Source: Burkholderiales bacterium
GTDB lineage: Bacteria > Pseudomonadota > Gammaproteobacteria > Burkholderiales > Casimicrobiaceae
Assembly: GCA_031409935.1 (NCBI GenBank)
Contig: JANNYE010000050.1
Location: forward strand, 3,478 to 67,477
DNA length: 64,000 nucleotides
Reading direction: 5' to 3'
Position numbers and translations under genes: made by a program. Every line of letters begins with the position of its first letter. Position 1 is the first letter of the stretch. Shown here one piece after another: positions 19,125-28,829 of the stretch. The notes beneath the pieces were generated by a model, which was not told where the DNA came from, ran no database searches, and saw only the letters and a program-made list of their open reading frames with translations.

Positions 19125-19562
19125 TCACTCAAAATTGGCAACAGCAAGGAGCGGAGCATGACGTCGCGCAGCGGGCGCACCAGCGCGTGTACCAAGGTGG
19201 CAATGGAACGACGTTTGTGTAGGCACATCGCTCGTGACCCATGCGAAGAACGAAAGAGGTGCGCCCGGGGCCATCGCCGAGATCAGCGAGGATGGAATCG
19301 CCAGATTGAGCGTCGCGGCATCAGGTGGAAAGGCGACGTGGGTCGTCGCGACCGCTCCGCCGCCTGCGACGGGCACCAGTTCAATAGTTGCGCCGATTGA
19401 ATCGTACGGCGCGAGCGCGAAGGACGCGCTAGAGAATGCGAACGTCGCTAGCCAAGCGGCCAAGCGGCCAAGCGGCCAAGCGGCCAAGCGGCCAAGCGGC
19501 CAAGCGGCCAAGCGGCCAAGCGGCCAAGCGGCCAAGCGGCATGTGATGCAACGGAAATTCAT
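19125..19562 (-). CDS. Putative exported protein (possibly truncated) with a VNTR in the signal-peptide region
   Basis: GAGGA RBS before ATG 19562; repeat-encoded (LAAWPLGR)n, then WLATFAFSSASFA signal-like segment. Confidence 0.5.
   Translation of the reverse strand: MNFRCITCRLAAWPLGRLAAWPLGRLAAWPLGRLAAWLATFAFSSASFALAPYDSIGATIELVPVAGGGAVATTHVAFPPDAATLNLAIPSSLISAMAPGAPLSFFAWVTSDVPTQTSFHCHLGTRAGAPAARRHAPLLAVANFE
19451..19540. repeat. 8-bp tandem repeat (GCCAAGCG)x11
   Basis: 11 perfect copies plus GC, counted directly. Confidence 0.97.
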
Positions 19563-19703
19563 AAGTTCCTCGCGAGCGTGAATTTGCTGCAATTTATCTC
19601 GGTGCGTTGATTTTCGCGCGGGCAGTCTCTGTCCACCGTGGCGTTGCTTGTCGGAATGGGTTGTTTTGCCGCGGTTTGGTGGGCACGGGGTGCCCGCTCA
19701 GCG

Positions 19704-19763
19704 GTGGGAGCGGCGCCACCGCGATTGCGTCATGCGAATGCATCGCGGTTCAACCGCTCCCAC
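19704..19763. repeat. REP doublet (GTGG family)
   Basis: GTGGGAGCGGCGCCACCGCGAT ... ATCGCGGTTCAACCGCTCCCAC. Confidence 0.8.
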
Positions 19764-19768
19764 AAGCG

Positions 19769-20512
19769 CTACGTCTTCGTAATCGCCAATATCGCCGCTG
19801 CACATTCGGGTCGACACAACACCAATCCGCCGTGCAGCACCACATCGCGCTGGTTGAACACAATCGCTTGGCCCTGTAGATCGGAAACATGCAATCCGTG
19901 CGCGAGCGCTACACCGATGGGCGCTGCGGCATCCCATTCGTTGAGGCCACCTTCGTGAAGGTAGGCGAGCGCCTCTCCACGCACCACCATTAGCGCCTTC
20001 GCGCCCGCTGAGCCCACGGGCTCGATGCGTACTCCTAAAGCCTCCGCAATGTCTGCGGAAAACGCAGCTGGACGCGAGCGACTGACCACGATCACCTTCT
20101 GCGGATCGCGCGCCAACGCCACCGCCGCCGAGTCAAAAACTTCGTCCCGCATCGGTTGCGCAACCGCCGCCGCGATCACCTCGCCGCGCGCCACCAGCGC
20201 CACATGCACCGCCCAATCATCACGGCCTTCGCGGTACTCGCGAGTGCCGTCGAGCGGGTCAATGATCCACACGCGATCTGCGGTGAATCGCTTGCCGTCA
20301 TCCACCGATTCTTCCGACAACACGGCGTCATCCGGGCGTTCAGCGGCGAGCGCTTTCAGCAGGAAAATATTTGCTTGACGGTCCCCGGCGTCGCCCAGCG
20401 CACGGCCTTCATGCGCGCCGCCTTCACGCAAATTCATGAGCAAAATGCCAGCCTCGCGAGCCAACCGCCGCGCGCGCGCAATATCTTCCAAAAACGGAGT
20501 CGATTCAGGCAT
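19769..20512 (-). CDS. cysQ: 3'(2'),5'-bisphosphate nucleotidase
   Basis: LSEE, WIIDPLDGTREY, VSRSR, GSAGAK, EWDAAA. Confidence 0.9.
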   Translation of the reverse strand: MPESTPFLEDIARARRLAREAGILLMNLREGGAHEGRALGDAGDRQANIFLLKALAAERPDDAVLSEESVDDGKRFTADRVWIIDPLDGTREYREGRDDWAVHVALVARGEVIAAAVAQPMRDEVFDSAAVALARDPQKVIVVSRSRPAAFSADIAEALGVRIEPVGSAGAKALMVVRGEALAYLHEGGLNEWDAAAPIGVALAHGLHVSDLQGQAIVFNQRDVVLHGGLVLCRPECAAAILAITKT

Positions 20513-20513
20513 C

Positions 20514-20629
20514 AGCTTTCACCTGAAATGCCCATTTAGATTGGGCTTAGGCAGCGATTTAGCCAAAACTCGACTCAAAGTCAATTTAACGCCTGTGCCC
20601 ATAGCAATTGGGCATTCCAGCAAAAAGCT
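20514..20629. repeat. Dyad-symmetric element, copy B (116 bp)
   Basis: AGCTTTC..TGAAA..GGGCTT..CTCGAC(20569-20574)..GTGCCC..TTCCA..AAAAGCT; +1 bp in each arm. Confidence 0.8.
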
Positions 20630-20658
20630 GATACATAAAATTGTCACGCAACAAAACC

Positions 20659-21402
20659 CTAAATCCCCAAAATTTGCTGCCGTTCTTCCTTGGTCGGGGC
20701 AATGCCCATGCGCTCATACGCATCGAAAATTACGTCGACGATTTCCTGCGGTTCTTCGAGAATTTGCATCAATTCGATATCGCCCGGTGAGATCAGTTGG
20801 TCGCGCAGCAACACCTCGCGCATCCAGCCATGCAGCCCGCCCCAGAATTCTCGGCCCACCAAAATGATCGGGATGCGTCGGGCTTTGCCGGTTTGAATCA
20901 GCGTCAGCGCCTCAGTCAATTCGTCCAGCGTGCCGAAGCCGCCCGGCATGCAAATCAACGCCGCTGACGTGCGTACGAAGGCGAGCTTGCGGTTGAAGAA
21001 ATATTTGAACGAGATTCCCATGTCTTGAAACGGGTTCCCGCTCTGCTCGTGCGGCAACTGGATGTTGAGCCCGATCGATAAGCTCTTGCCCGCAAACGCG
21101 CCGACGTTGGCCGCCTCCATAATGCCCGGCCCACCGCCAGAGATCACGCTGAACCCCGAGTCCGACAACAGCCGCGCAATGGCCACCGTGCGCGGGTACC
21201 ACGGGTTGTCAGCCTTTATCCGCGCCGAACCGAAGATCGACACGGCAGGCTGCACCGGGCGCAGTTTTTCTGTGGCATAGACGAACTCCGACATAATCTG
21301 TAGAGCGCGCCACGCCTCCTGCCCAGGGGTTAAATCGGTCGCGCCTACCGCACTTTTCAAGTGCTCAATCTTCGCCTTAGTGCTCTCGTTGTGAACTGCC
21401 AT
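20659..21402 (-). CDS. LOG family Rossmann-fold protein (TIGR00730-like)
   Basis: VSIFGSAR, SGGGPGIMEAAN, PGGFGTLDE. Confidence 0.92.
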   Translation of the reverse strand: MAVHNESTKAKIEHLKSAVGATDLTPGQEAWRALQIMSEFVYATEKLRPVQPAVSIFGSARIKADNPWYPRTVAIARLLSDSGFSVISGGGPGIMEAANVGAFAGKSLSIGLNIQLPHEQSGNPFQDMGISFKYFFNRKLAFVRTSAALICMPGGFGTLDELTEALTLIQTGKARRIPIILVGREFWGGLHGWMREVLLRDQLISPGDIELMQILEEPQEIVDVIFDAYERMGIAPTKEERQQILGI

Positions 21403-24229
21403 GTCGGAATCCCGTAAAAAACTTGTTCTGGTTGACGGCTCATCATATCTCTACCGCGCCTTTCACGCGCTGCCGGATTTGCGCACCAAAGCGGGCGAGC
21501 CCACGGGTGCCATTCGTGGCGTGCTGTCGATGCTGCGGCAACTGGTTGATCGTGAAAAGCCGGACTACTTCGGCGTGGTGTTTGACGCGCCGGGCAAAAC
21601 TTTTCGCGACGATTGGTATCCCGAATACAAAGCCACCCGCTCGCCCATGCCCGACGACATGCGGCCGCAAATCAAACCGCTGCACGACATCATCCGCGCG
21701 CAGGGCTGGCCGCTCATCATGGAGACCGGCGTGGAGGCCGATGACGTGATCGGCACGCTAGCGGTGCAGGCCGAAGCGGCAGGCCTCGATTGCATGATTT
21801 CCACCGGCGACAAAGATCTGGCACAACTGGTCACCGAGCATGTGATTTTGAAGAATACGATGTCGATGGAGACGCTCAACATCGCGGGCGTCATCGAAAA
21901 ATTTGGCGTGACGCCCGCGCAAATTTTGGACTACCTCACGCTCATCGGCGACACCGTAGACAACGTGCCCGGCGTGCCGAAAGTGGGCCCAAAAACAGCG
22001 GTGAAATGGCTAACAGAACACGGCACGCTAGACGCTATCGTCGCGCACGCCGACAAGTTCACCGGTGTAGTCGGCGAGAACTTGCGCAACACGCTGGAGT
22101 GGTTGCCGAAAGCCAAACAACTGCTCACCGTGAAGTGTGATTTGACCTTGCCGTATGTGCCGGATGGACTTGCCGTTACGCCAGCGGACAACGCGGCGTT
22201 GCTGGCGTTTTTTGAGCGGTTTGAATTTAAGGGGATGGCCAATGAGCTGCGCAATGCAAACCCACCTTCAACGGCCTCGCTATTTGAACCCTCCCCCGGA
22301 GGGGGAGGGCAGGGTGGGGGCAGTTCGAGTGCCTCTTCTACCAGCGACACTGCTCTTGCCACCCTCCCCCACCCTAACCCTCCCCCGCTGGGGGAGGTAA
22401 CTCACGTCCCCGCTGAGAAAAAGCCCCGCACCTACCGCACCATCTCAACCAACGCCCAGCTCATTGAGGTCATCACAGCAATCAACGCCGCCGCCCTCAC
22501 CTGCTTCGACACCGAGACCACCTCCCTCGAACCAATGACAGCCCAAATCGTTGGCCTGTCCTTCGCGTGGCGGCCGTTCGACGCCGTCTACATTCCGCTC
22601 GCACACCGCTACCCCGGCGCGCCGGAACAATTGCCTCTCGACGCGACGCTCGCCAAGCTCAAACCGTGGTTCGAAGACGCGAGCAAATTAAAGCTCGCGC
22701 AAAACGCCAAATACGATGAACACATTCTGCTCAACGCGGGCATTCAAGTGCGTGGCGTGGCGCATGACACGCTGCTTGAAGACTACGTGCTGGAGAGCCA
22801 CAAACTGCACAACATGGACGCGATGGCACTGCGTTTTTTAGACGAGAAAACCATCAAGTTTGAGGACGTGGCAGGCAAGGGTGCCAAGCAAATTGGCTTT
22901 GACGAAGTAAGCATCGAGCGCGCCACTGAGTACAGCGCGGAGGACGCCGACGTGACGCTGCGGTTGCATCACGCCATCTATCCGCTGCTCACCGCCGAGC
23001 CCAAGCTTAAATACATCTACCAAGCGCTAGAGATGCCCACCCGCGAGGTGCTGGTGCGCATTGAGCGTAACGGCGTGTTAATCGATTCAGCGTTGCTGCA
23101 AAAGCAATCGCACGAACTCGGTTTGCAAATTAACGCCCTCGAACAAAAAGCCTTTGCACTGGCGGGCCAGCCCTTCAACCTAGGCTCACCAAAACAGCTA
23201 GGCGAAATCCTGTTCGGCAAACTCGGCATCCCCGTTAAACGCAAAACGGCAACGGGCCAACCTTCCACCGACGAAGAAGTGTTGAGCGAATTGGCAGAAG
23301 ACTATCCGCTGCCAAAACTGCTGCTCGAACACCGCTCGATCTCCAAACTTAAGAGCACCTATACCGACAAATTGCCGAAGATGGTGAACGTGGCCACAGG
23401 CCGCGTACACACCAATTACGGGCAGGCCACCGCGATCACAGGCCGCCTGTCGAGCAACGATCCAAACCTGCAAAACATCCCCGTGCGCACGCCACAGGGT
23501 CGCGAAATTCGCAAAGCGTTCATCGCGCCACTGGGCAGCGTGATCGTGTCCGCCGACTACTCGCAAATCGAGCTGCGCATCATGGCGCACATTTCGCAGG
23601 ACGCCTCATTACTCGACGCGTTCGCGAAGGGTCTCGACATTCACAAAGCCACAGCAGCCGATATTTTCAGCATCCCAATTTCCGAGATCACCAGTGAACA
23701 ACGCCGATACACCAAGGCCGTGAACTTCGGCCTGATTTACGGCATGGGCGCATTCGGCCTTGCATCGCAACTCGGCATCGAGCGCGGCGCGGCACAGCAG
23801 TTCATCGACAAATATTTTGCGCGCTATCCGGGCGTGGCCGAGTACATGCAAGCCACCCGAGAATCGGCGCGTGCCAATGGTTACGTCGAAACCGTATTCG
23901 GCCGCCGACTCACGCTCACCGACATCAACGCTGGCAACGGCCCGCGCCGTGCCGGTGCCGAGCGCGCGGCCATCAACGCGCCGATGCAGGGCACCGCGGC
24001 TGACTTGATCAAGCTCGCAATGATTGCGGTGGACGCATGGCTCGGCGAATCAAAGCTGCAATCAAAACTGGTGATGCAGGTGCACGATGAACTGGTGCTT
24101 GAGGTGCCGCGCGATGAACTGGAAATAGTTAAGCGAGAACTACCATTGAAGATGACTAATGTGGCGCAATTGCGCGTGCCACTGGTCGCCGAAGTAGGCG
24201 TTGGTGCGAACTGGGACGAGGCACATTGA
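21401..24229 (+). CDS. polA: DNA polymerase I
   Basis: LVDGSSYLYRAFHA, EADDVIG, FDTETT, ADYSQIELR, KAVNFGLIYG, QVHDELV. Confidence 0.98.
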   Translation: MSESRKKLVLVDGSSYLYRAFHALPDLRTKAGEPTGAIRGVLSMLRQLVDREKPDYFGVVFDAPGKTFRDDWYPEYKATRSPMPDDMRPQIKPLHDIIRAQGWPLIMETGVEADDVIGTLAVQAEAAGLDCMISTGDKDLAQLVTEHVILKNTMSMETLNIAGVIEKFGVTPAQILDYLTLIGDTVDNVPGVPKVGPKTAVKWLTEHGTLDAIVAHADKFTGVVGENLRNTLEWLPKAKQLLTVKCDLTLPYVPDGLAVTPADNAALLAFFERFEFKGMANELRNANPPSTASLFEPSPGGGGQGGGSSSASSTSDTALATLPHPNPPPLGEVTHVPAEKKPRTYRTISTNAQLIEVITAINAAALTCFDTETTSLEPMTAQIVGLSFAWRPFDAVYIPLAHRYPGAPEQLPLDATLAKLKPWFEDASKLKLAQNAKYDEHILLNAGIQVRGVAHDTLLEDYVLESHKLHNMDAMALRFLDEKTIKFEDVAGKGAKQIGFDEVSIERATEYSAEDADVTLRLHHAIYPLLTAEPKLKYIYQALEMPTREVLVRIERNGVLIDSALLQKQSHELGLQINALEQKAFALAGQPFNLGSPKQLGEILFGKLGIPVKRKTATGQPSTDEEVLSELAEDYPLPKLLLEHRSISKLKSTYTDKLPKMVNVATGRVHTNYGQATAITGRLSSNDPNLQNIPVRTPQGREIRKAFIAPLGSVIVSADYSQIELRIMAHISQDASLLDAFAKGLDIHKATAADIFSIPISEITSEQRRYTKAVNFGLIYGMGAFGLASQLGIERGAAQQFIDKYFARYPGVAEYMQATRESARANGYVETVFGRRLTLTDINAGNGPRRAGAERAAINAPMQGTAADLIKLAMIAVDAWLGESKLQSKLVMQVHDELVLEVPRDELEIVKRELPLKMTNVAQLRVPLVAEVGVGANWDEAH
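22289..22397. repeat. CCCTCCCCC-type palindromic element inserted in frame within polA
   Basis: CCCTCCCCCGGAGGGGGAGGGCAGGGTGGGGG ... CCCCCACCCTAACCCTCCCCCGCTGGGGGAGG. Confidence 0.85.
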
Positions 24230-24240
24230 TGTATTTCGTT

Positions 24241-24469
24241 GTCCCCTCCCACAACGGGGGAGGCGGCATTCACGTCCCCTCCCCCAGCGGGGGAGGGTTA
24301 GGGTGGGGGAAGATGAACGTCAGAGCAAACTCTGACAACTCCCCTCTGCTTTGCCACCTACCCCCATCCCAACCGGAGCCAACCGCTTGCAGGCGGTTGG
24401 CGCTTCGGCGGGCAAAAGCCAAACTGTTGGCTTTTGCTGATCCGCCTTCGCCCCCCGCTGGGGGGAGGA
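24241..24469. repeat. CCCTCCCCC-type palindromic element with a nested multi-hairpin insert
   Basis: CCCCTCCCCCAGCGGGGGAGGGTTAGGGTGGGGG ... CCCCCATCCCAACC[insert]CCCCGCTGGGGGAGG. Confidence 0.8.
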
Positions 24470-24503
24470 GCCAAACCAGATTCGCGCGTAACACCGAAGT
24501 ACG

Positions 24504-27500
24504 ATGACTAAGCCCCCCACCCGCGCCGCGCGCGAAGCGCTTGACCTGCAAACTGCTCGCATCGATATCGAAAAGGAATTCGGCGAGCAAGGCTTTCGTA
24601 ACGGCATCAATTACGTCACCGACAAGCGCATTCAGATCACGTCCGCACAGATGGATGAAGAGCGCGTTTGGCATTTGGTTGCCACGGTCAAAGGCACGCA
24701 ATCCGAGCCGTACACCACCACCGTTGAGATGGAGTTCTTTGAATTCGGCATCGATGTCTTCGCGGCGGAATGCACCTGCCCGGTTCGGCTGAATTGCAAA
24801 CATGCCGCAGGTTTGGCATACCTGTGGACCACGATGCAACCACAGAAAAGTGGCACGCTGACCGGCGTGACCGCTGCGCCTGTTGGCGAGCCGATTGCGG
24901 GCGACGATGTGCCCGCGCAGGCGGTAAGCAGCGGTGCACCGAGTGCCGCCAATATCGTGCGCACCGGCCTCGCAGCAGACTTGTCACTGTGGCTGCGCGC
25001 TGGCTTCGATCAAACGCCTCCACCAGACCGCGCCGACGCATCCGAGACCAAGACGGCGACTGAATTTGTGGCGTACCTGCTTACCGAGCGCGGCGAAATC
25101 ACCATCGCCAAAGCACGCCGACTCAAGGGCGGTGAGACCAAGCTCAACGTGCAGGCCGCATCATTGAGTTGGATTAATCACGGGCACGCCGCACCAAGCT
25201 ATGTGTCGGGCGAGGACGAACCGATTTTGCGCATGCTGGCCGCCACTATCGGCTTGCAATCCGCGCGACCGATTTTGCAATTGAACGGTGCCACCGGCGC
25301 GCAATTGTTGCGCATGGCGTTGGCGACCCAACGGCTGTGGATGGCACCCGCAGGATTCACTGACACCGAGGCGAGAACTCGCGCGCTTAAGTCGGCCGAC
25401 GTGCCCACACTCGGCGAGCCGCTGACGCTTGCAGAGGCGGAGCCGATGACGCTTGCGTGGGACGCCGTGAAAACGCCGCTTGGCGAGCGTATCGCCCTGC
25501 GCGCGCGGGCATCTGAACAGCGTGACGCGTTGCCGCTACCGATCATCGCGCTCGACCCAGCGTTGGTGATCGACACCGCAGCCAACGCCTTGCGTCCGAT
25601 GCAAACCGCCGTGAGCGCTTCGACGCTGGCGCGGCTCGTTGCCTTGCCGCCGTTGAAAGCGGATGATGCGAGCGCGTGGGCTTTCGTTGCTGATGCGTTG
25701 CGCGACCTGCCTGATTTCGCTGCGGTGCCGCGCTGCCCGACGGTCACCGATGTCGAAGCGCCGCTGCCAGTTCCATTACCGGTGCTGCGCTTTGCGTTGA
25801 TCGAGTTTGATGTGTCGGTGGGTTGGGGTCGCAATTCGAGCTTGCAGGGCCGCGTGTTCCCTGCGGTGCAGTTGCTGTTTCGTTATCCCGACGGAAAATT
25901 GCTCGCGTACCAACGCAACGGACTGGAGCATGCAGTCGAGCAGGAGCGCGTGGGACGTGACGTGATTTCGCAGCGGCTGCGCAACGTGCGAGTCGAGTCG
26001 CGCTGGGAGATGCGCATGCCGCGCCTGCTCTATCCGGCGGACCGCGTGGAGCCGTCGCTGGCCTACGCACGCGACATCAAATCGTTGCGCGAATCGTTGT
26101 GGGGCTTGCCCGATCACGACTGGTCGGGGCGCGGCCCTGCGGTGCTGGCGGACGCGCAAATGGCGGCCTTCGAGCTGGAAATTGAAGCCGGTTTTCCGAT
26201 CTCGATGGAAGACATTCCCGAGCCCTCACTAGAGCTGGCACCCGGCACCGAGATCGGCTGGTTTCGCCTGTCGCTGGGCGTGGATGTTGACGGCAAACGC
26301 GTCGATTTAGCGCCCGCGCTGGCGAAGTTGATCGCCGCACAAAAGGACCCCGAGCAATGGCTTGCCGCATTGCCCACGGTGCAGCATGTGTTGCTCTCCG
26401 TGCCGGTGCCGGATCGTATGCATGCGGCACAAGTGGTGCGCATCACGGGAGAGCGCATCGCTGCGATTTTGAAGCCGGTATTCGAGTGGTTTCAGGGCGG
26501 TGCGGTGAGCGAAATGAGCGGGCTGCAAGCCGCGCTTTTGCCGGATTTGCCGAACGACACCGTTCTGTATTTGGGGCGTGACCATCCGGCGTGGCTCACG
26601 ATGCGCGACAAGCTGCGCGGCGGCGCGGAGCTGGTGCCGATCAACGCTGCTGCTGGTTTCGATGCCACGCTACGCCCGTATCAAAACCACGGCCTCGCAT
26701 GGCTTACGCACTTGTATGAACTGGGCATGGGCGGCGTGTTGGCGGACGATATGGGCCTCGGTAAAACGGTGCAAACGCTGGCGCACTTGCATCGGCTTCA
26801 CAGCGCGAACTCATCGGGCAAACCCAGCCTGATCATCGCGCCAACATCCGTGCTTAGCAACTGGCAGCGCGAGGCCGAGCGCTTCGCGCCGACGTTAAAA
26901 ATTTATCGCCACCACGGAAGCGTTCGTTCGTCGAACGCAAAAGCTTTCGCCAATGCCGACGTCGTCTTGACCAGCTATCCGCTGTTACAACGCGATGAAA
27001 AAATGCTGTCTGACGTTGAGTGGAACGTAGTCGTCTTCGACGAAGCGCAAACGCTCAAGAACGCCAAAGCAAAAACGTATCAGTCCGCGCAGTCGCTCAA
27101 GGCACATCAGCGCATCGCACTCACCGGCACGCCGATGGAGAACCATCTGGGCGAATTGTGGGCGATCTACAACGTGCTGATTCCGGGATTGCTTGGTGAT
27201 CTCGACGGCTTCAACCGCATCTTCCGGCATCCGATTGAACAGCGCGCCGACAGCGAGCAGATGAAGAAGCTCAAGGCCCGAATTCGCGCCTTTATCCTGC
27301 GTCGTGGCCGCGATCAGGTGCTCAATGAATTGCCACCTAAAACCGAGTACACGCGCTGGATAGAACTCGAATCCGCGCAGGCCGACATGTATGAATCGCT
27401 ACGCACAGCGATCCACGAAGACATCCGCAAAGTCATCGACAAGAAGGGCCTGAAGCAGAGCACGATTCACATCCTTGATGCGTTGTTGAAACTAAGGCAA

Positions 27501-28085
27501 GTGTGCTGCGACCCGCGTCTGGTCAAGCTTCCGGGCGCAGCCGCGAAGGCGATGAATGCAGGGTCTGCCAAGCTTGATTGGCTACGCACCCACGTCCCCG
27601 AACTCATGGAGGAAGGCCGAAAAGTGCTCATCTTTTCGCAGTTCACCAGCATGCTCGCGCTGATCTCCGACATGTTGAACGAACAGAAAATCGAGTTCGC
27701 GTTATTGACCGGTGACACGTTGGATCGCGACACGCCCATCGAGCAGTTTCAGTCGGGCAACGTGTCGGTTTTTCTTTTGAGTTTGAAGGCAGGCGGCGTG
27801 GGCCTCAACCTCACCGCCGCCGACACTGTAATCCACTACGACCCGTGGTGGAACCCGGCGGTTGAAGCGCAAGCCACCGCCCGTGCGCACCGCATGGGGC
27901 AAGACAAACCGGTGATCGTGACCAAGCTGGTCGCCAAAGGCACGCTGGAGGAACGCATGCTGACCATGCTCGCGCGCAAGCGCGATTTGGCGAGCGCTTT
28001 GCTGGACGGAGAGGGCAACGCGTTGACGGGATTGACGGTGGCCGATGTGGACGCGCTGTTGGCCCCAATCTCCACGCTGCAGTAG
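24504..28085 (+). CDS. SWIM zinc finger / SNF2-family helicase
   Basis: CTCPVRLNCKH SWIM; LADDMGLGKT, DEAQ, LTGTPMEN, SLKAGGVGLNL, DPWWNP. Confidence 0.95.
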   Translation: MTKPPTRAAREALDLQTARIDIEKEFGEQGFRNGINYVTDKRIQITSAQMDEERVWHLVATVKGTQSEPYTTTVEMEFFEFGIDVFAAECTCPVRLNCKHAAGLAYLWTTMQPQKSGTLTGVTAAPVGEPIAGDDVPAQAVSSGAPSAANIVRTGLAADLSLWLRAGFDQTPPPDRADASETKTATEFVAYLLTERGEITIAKARRLKGGETKLNVQAASLSWINHGHAAPSYVSGEDEPILRMLAATIGLQSARPILQLNGATGAQLLRMALATQRLWMAPAGFTDTEARTRALKSADVPTLGEPLTLAEAEPMTLAWDAVKTPLGERIALRARASEQRDALPLPIIALDPALVIDTAANALRPMQTAVSASTLARLVALPPLKADDASAWAFVADALRDLPDFAAVPRCPTVTDVEAPLPVPLPVLRFALIEFDVSVGWGRNSSLQGRVFPAVQLLFRYPDGKLLAYQRNGLEHAVEQERVGRDVISQRLRNVRVESRWEMRMPRLLYPADRVEPSLAYARDIKSLRESLWGLPDHDWSGRGPAVLADAQMAAFELEIEAGFPISMEDIPEPSLELAPGTEIGWFRLSLGVDVDGKRVDLAPALAKLIAAQKDPEQWLAALPTVQHVLLSVPVPDRMHAAQVVRITGERIAAILKPVFEWFQGGAVSEMSGLQAALLPDLPNDTVLYLGRDHPAWLTMRDKLRGGAELVPINAAAGFDATLRPYQNHGLAWLTHLYELGMGGVLADDMGLGKTVQTLAHLHRLHSANSSGKPSLIIAPTSVLSNWQREAERFAPTLKIYRHHGSVRSSNAKAFANADVVLTSYPLLQRDEKMLSDVEWNVVVFDEAQTLKNAKAKTYQSAQSLKAHQRIALTGTPMENHLGELWAIYNVLIPGLLGDLDGFNRIFRHPIEQRADSEQMKKLKARIRAFILRRGRDQVLNELPPKTEYTRWIELESAQADMYESLRTAIHEDIRKVIDKKGLKQSTIHILDALLKLRQVCCDPRLVKLPGAAAKAMNAGSAKLDWLRTHVPELMEEGRKVLIFSQFTSMLALISDMLNEQKIEFALLTGDTLDRDTPIEQFQSGNVSVFLLSLKAGGVGLNLTAADTVIHYDPWWNPAVEAQATARAHRMGQDKPVIVTKLVAKGTLEERMLTMLARKRDLASALLDGEGNALTGLTVADVDALLAPISTLQ

Positions 28086-28255
28086 CGACGTTTATACCGT
28101 GCGCTACATTCGCTTCCAAGCCCCTTGCATGCCGGACGATGGCTATCGAAAAACCAAGCACGCTGGCGATGACACACTTTCTGCCGCCACTGCGTCTTAC
28201 CTAGTACGCCCAGTAATGACGCAACCCGCGTCGTTTGGCGAGACGGAGTTTGAGC

Positions 28256-28813
28256 ATGGCAATGACCGGATTTGCTTATCGATTGACGTGGGCCGATTTT
28301 GCCGGGCGGGTGCCTACCAGCGCCGATGCCGACACGGCGGCCTTCGTTTCAACCACTTTTGCGGCGCAGGCACCGTGGACGTTTGACGGCAATGTGGGCT
28401 CACGGGTGTACCGCATCACCTCAGTGGCCACCTCGGTGTCGCTAAACCGCTCGCGCATGTGGGCTCGCACGGGGGCCGCTCGCACGCCTGCCATGCTGGT
28501 GCACGAGCAGGGGCATTTTGAGATTTCGGCGTTGCTGACGCGGCAGGTGGACGCACAGCTCACCGCACTCATCGGGCAAACGTGGAGCAGCGAGACTGAC
28601 ATCAATCAGGCCATTCGCGACGCCCGCGACCCGCTGTTCCAGATCATCAACGATTTGCAGTCACAGGCCAGCGGCGACGGCACCTATGACACCAGCACCA
28701 ATCATGGACTGCATGCAAATCAGGGCGCGTGGAATCGCGCGTTTGCTGCCTGTCGCGCGGCCCCGGCGGGACAACTGGTGGCAGCGCTGGCGGCGCAGGG
28801 CATCACCATTTAA
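28256..28813 (+). CDS. DUF922-like putative zinc metallopeptidase
   Basis: LTWADF, HEQGHFEI (HExxH), YDTSTNHG. Confidence 0.75.
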   Translation: MAMTGFAYRLTWADFAGRVPTSADADTAAFVSTTFAAQAPWTFDGNVGSRVYRITSVATSVSLNRSRMWARTGAARTPAMLVHEQGHFEISALLTRQVDAQLTALIGQTWSSETDINQAIRDARDPLFQIINDLQSQASGDGTYDTSTNHGLHANQGAWNRAFAACRAAPAGQLVAALAAQGITI

Positions 28814-28829
28814 GCGGCGCCTGAGGGCG

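Noticed and set aside
19451-19540. Repeat array as CRISPR
   Set aside because: Perfect 8-bp tandem with no spacers and no cas genes; no CRISPR array seen anywhere in the window.
24226-24839. ORFs 24226-24507(+) and 24270-24839(-)
   Set aside because: They are translations of the palindromic repeat and of the strand antisense to the SNF2 gene.
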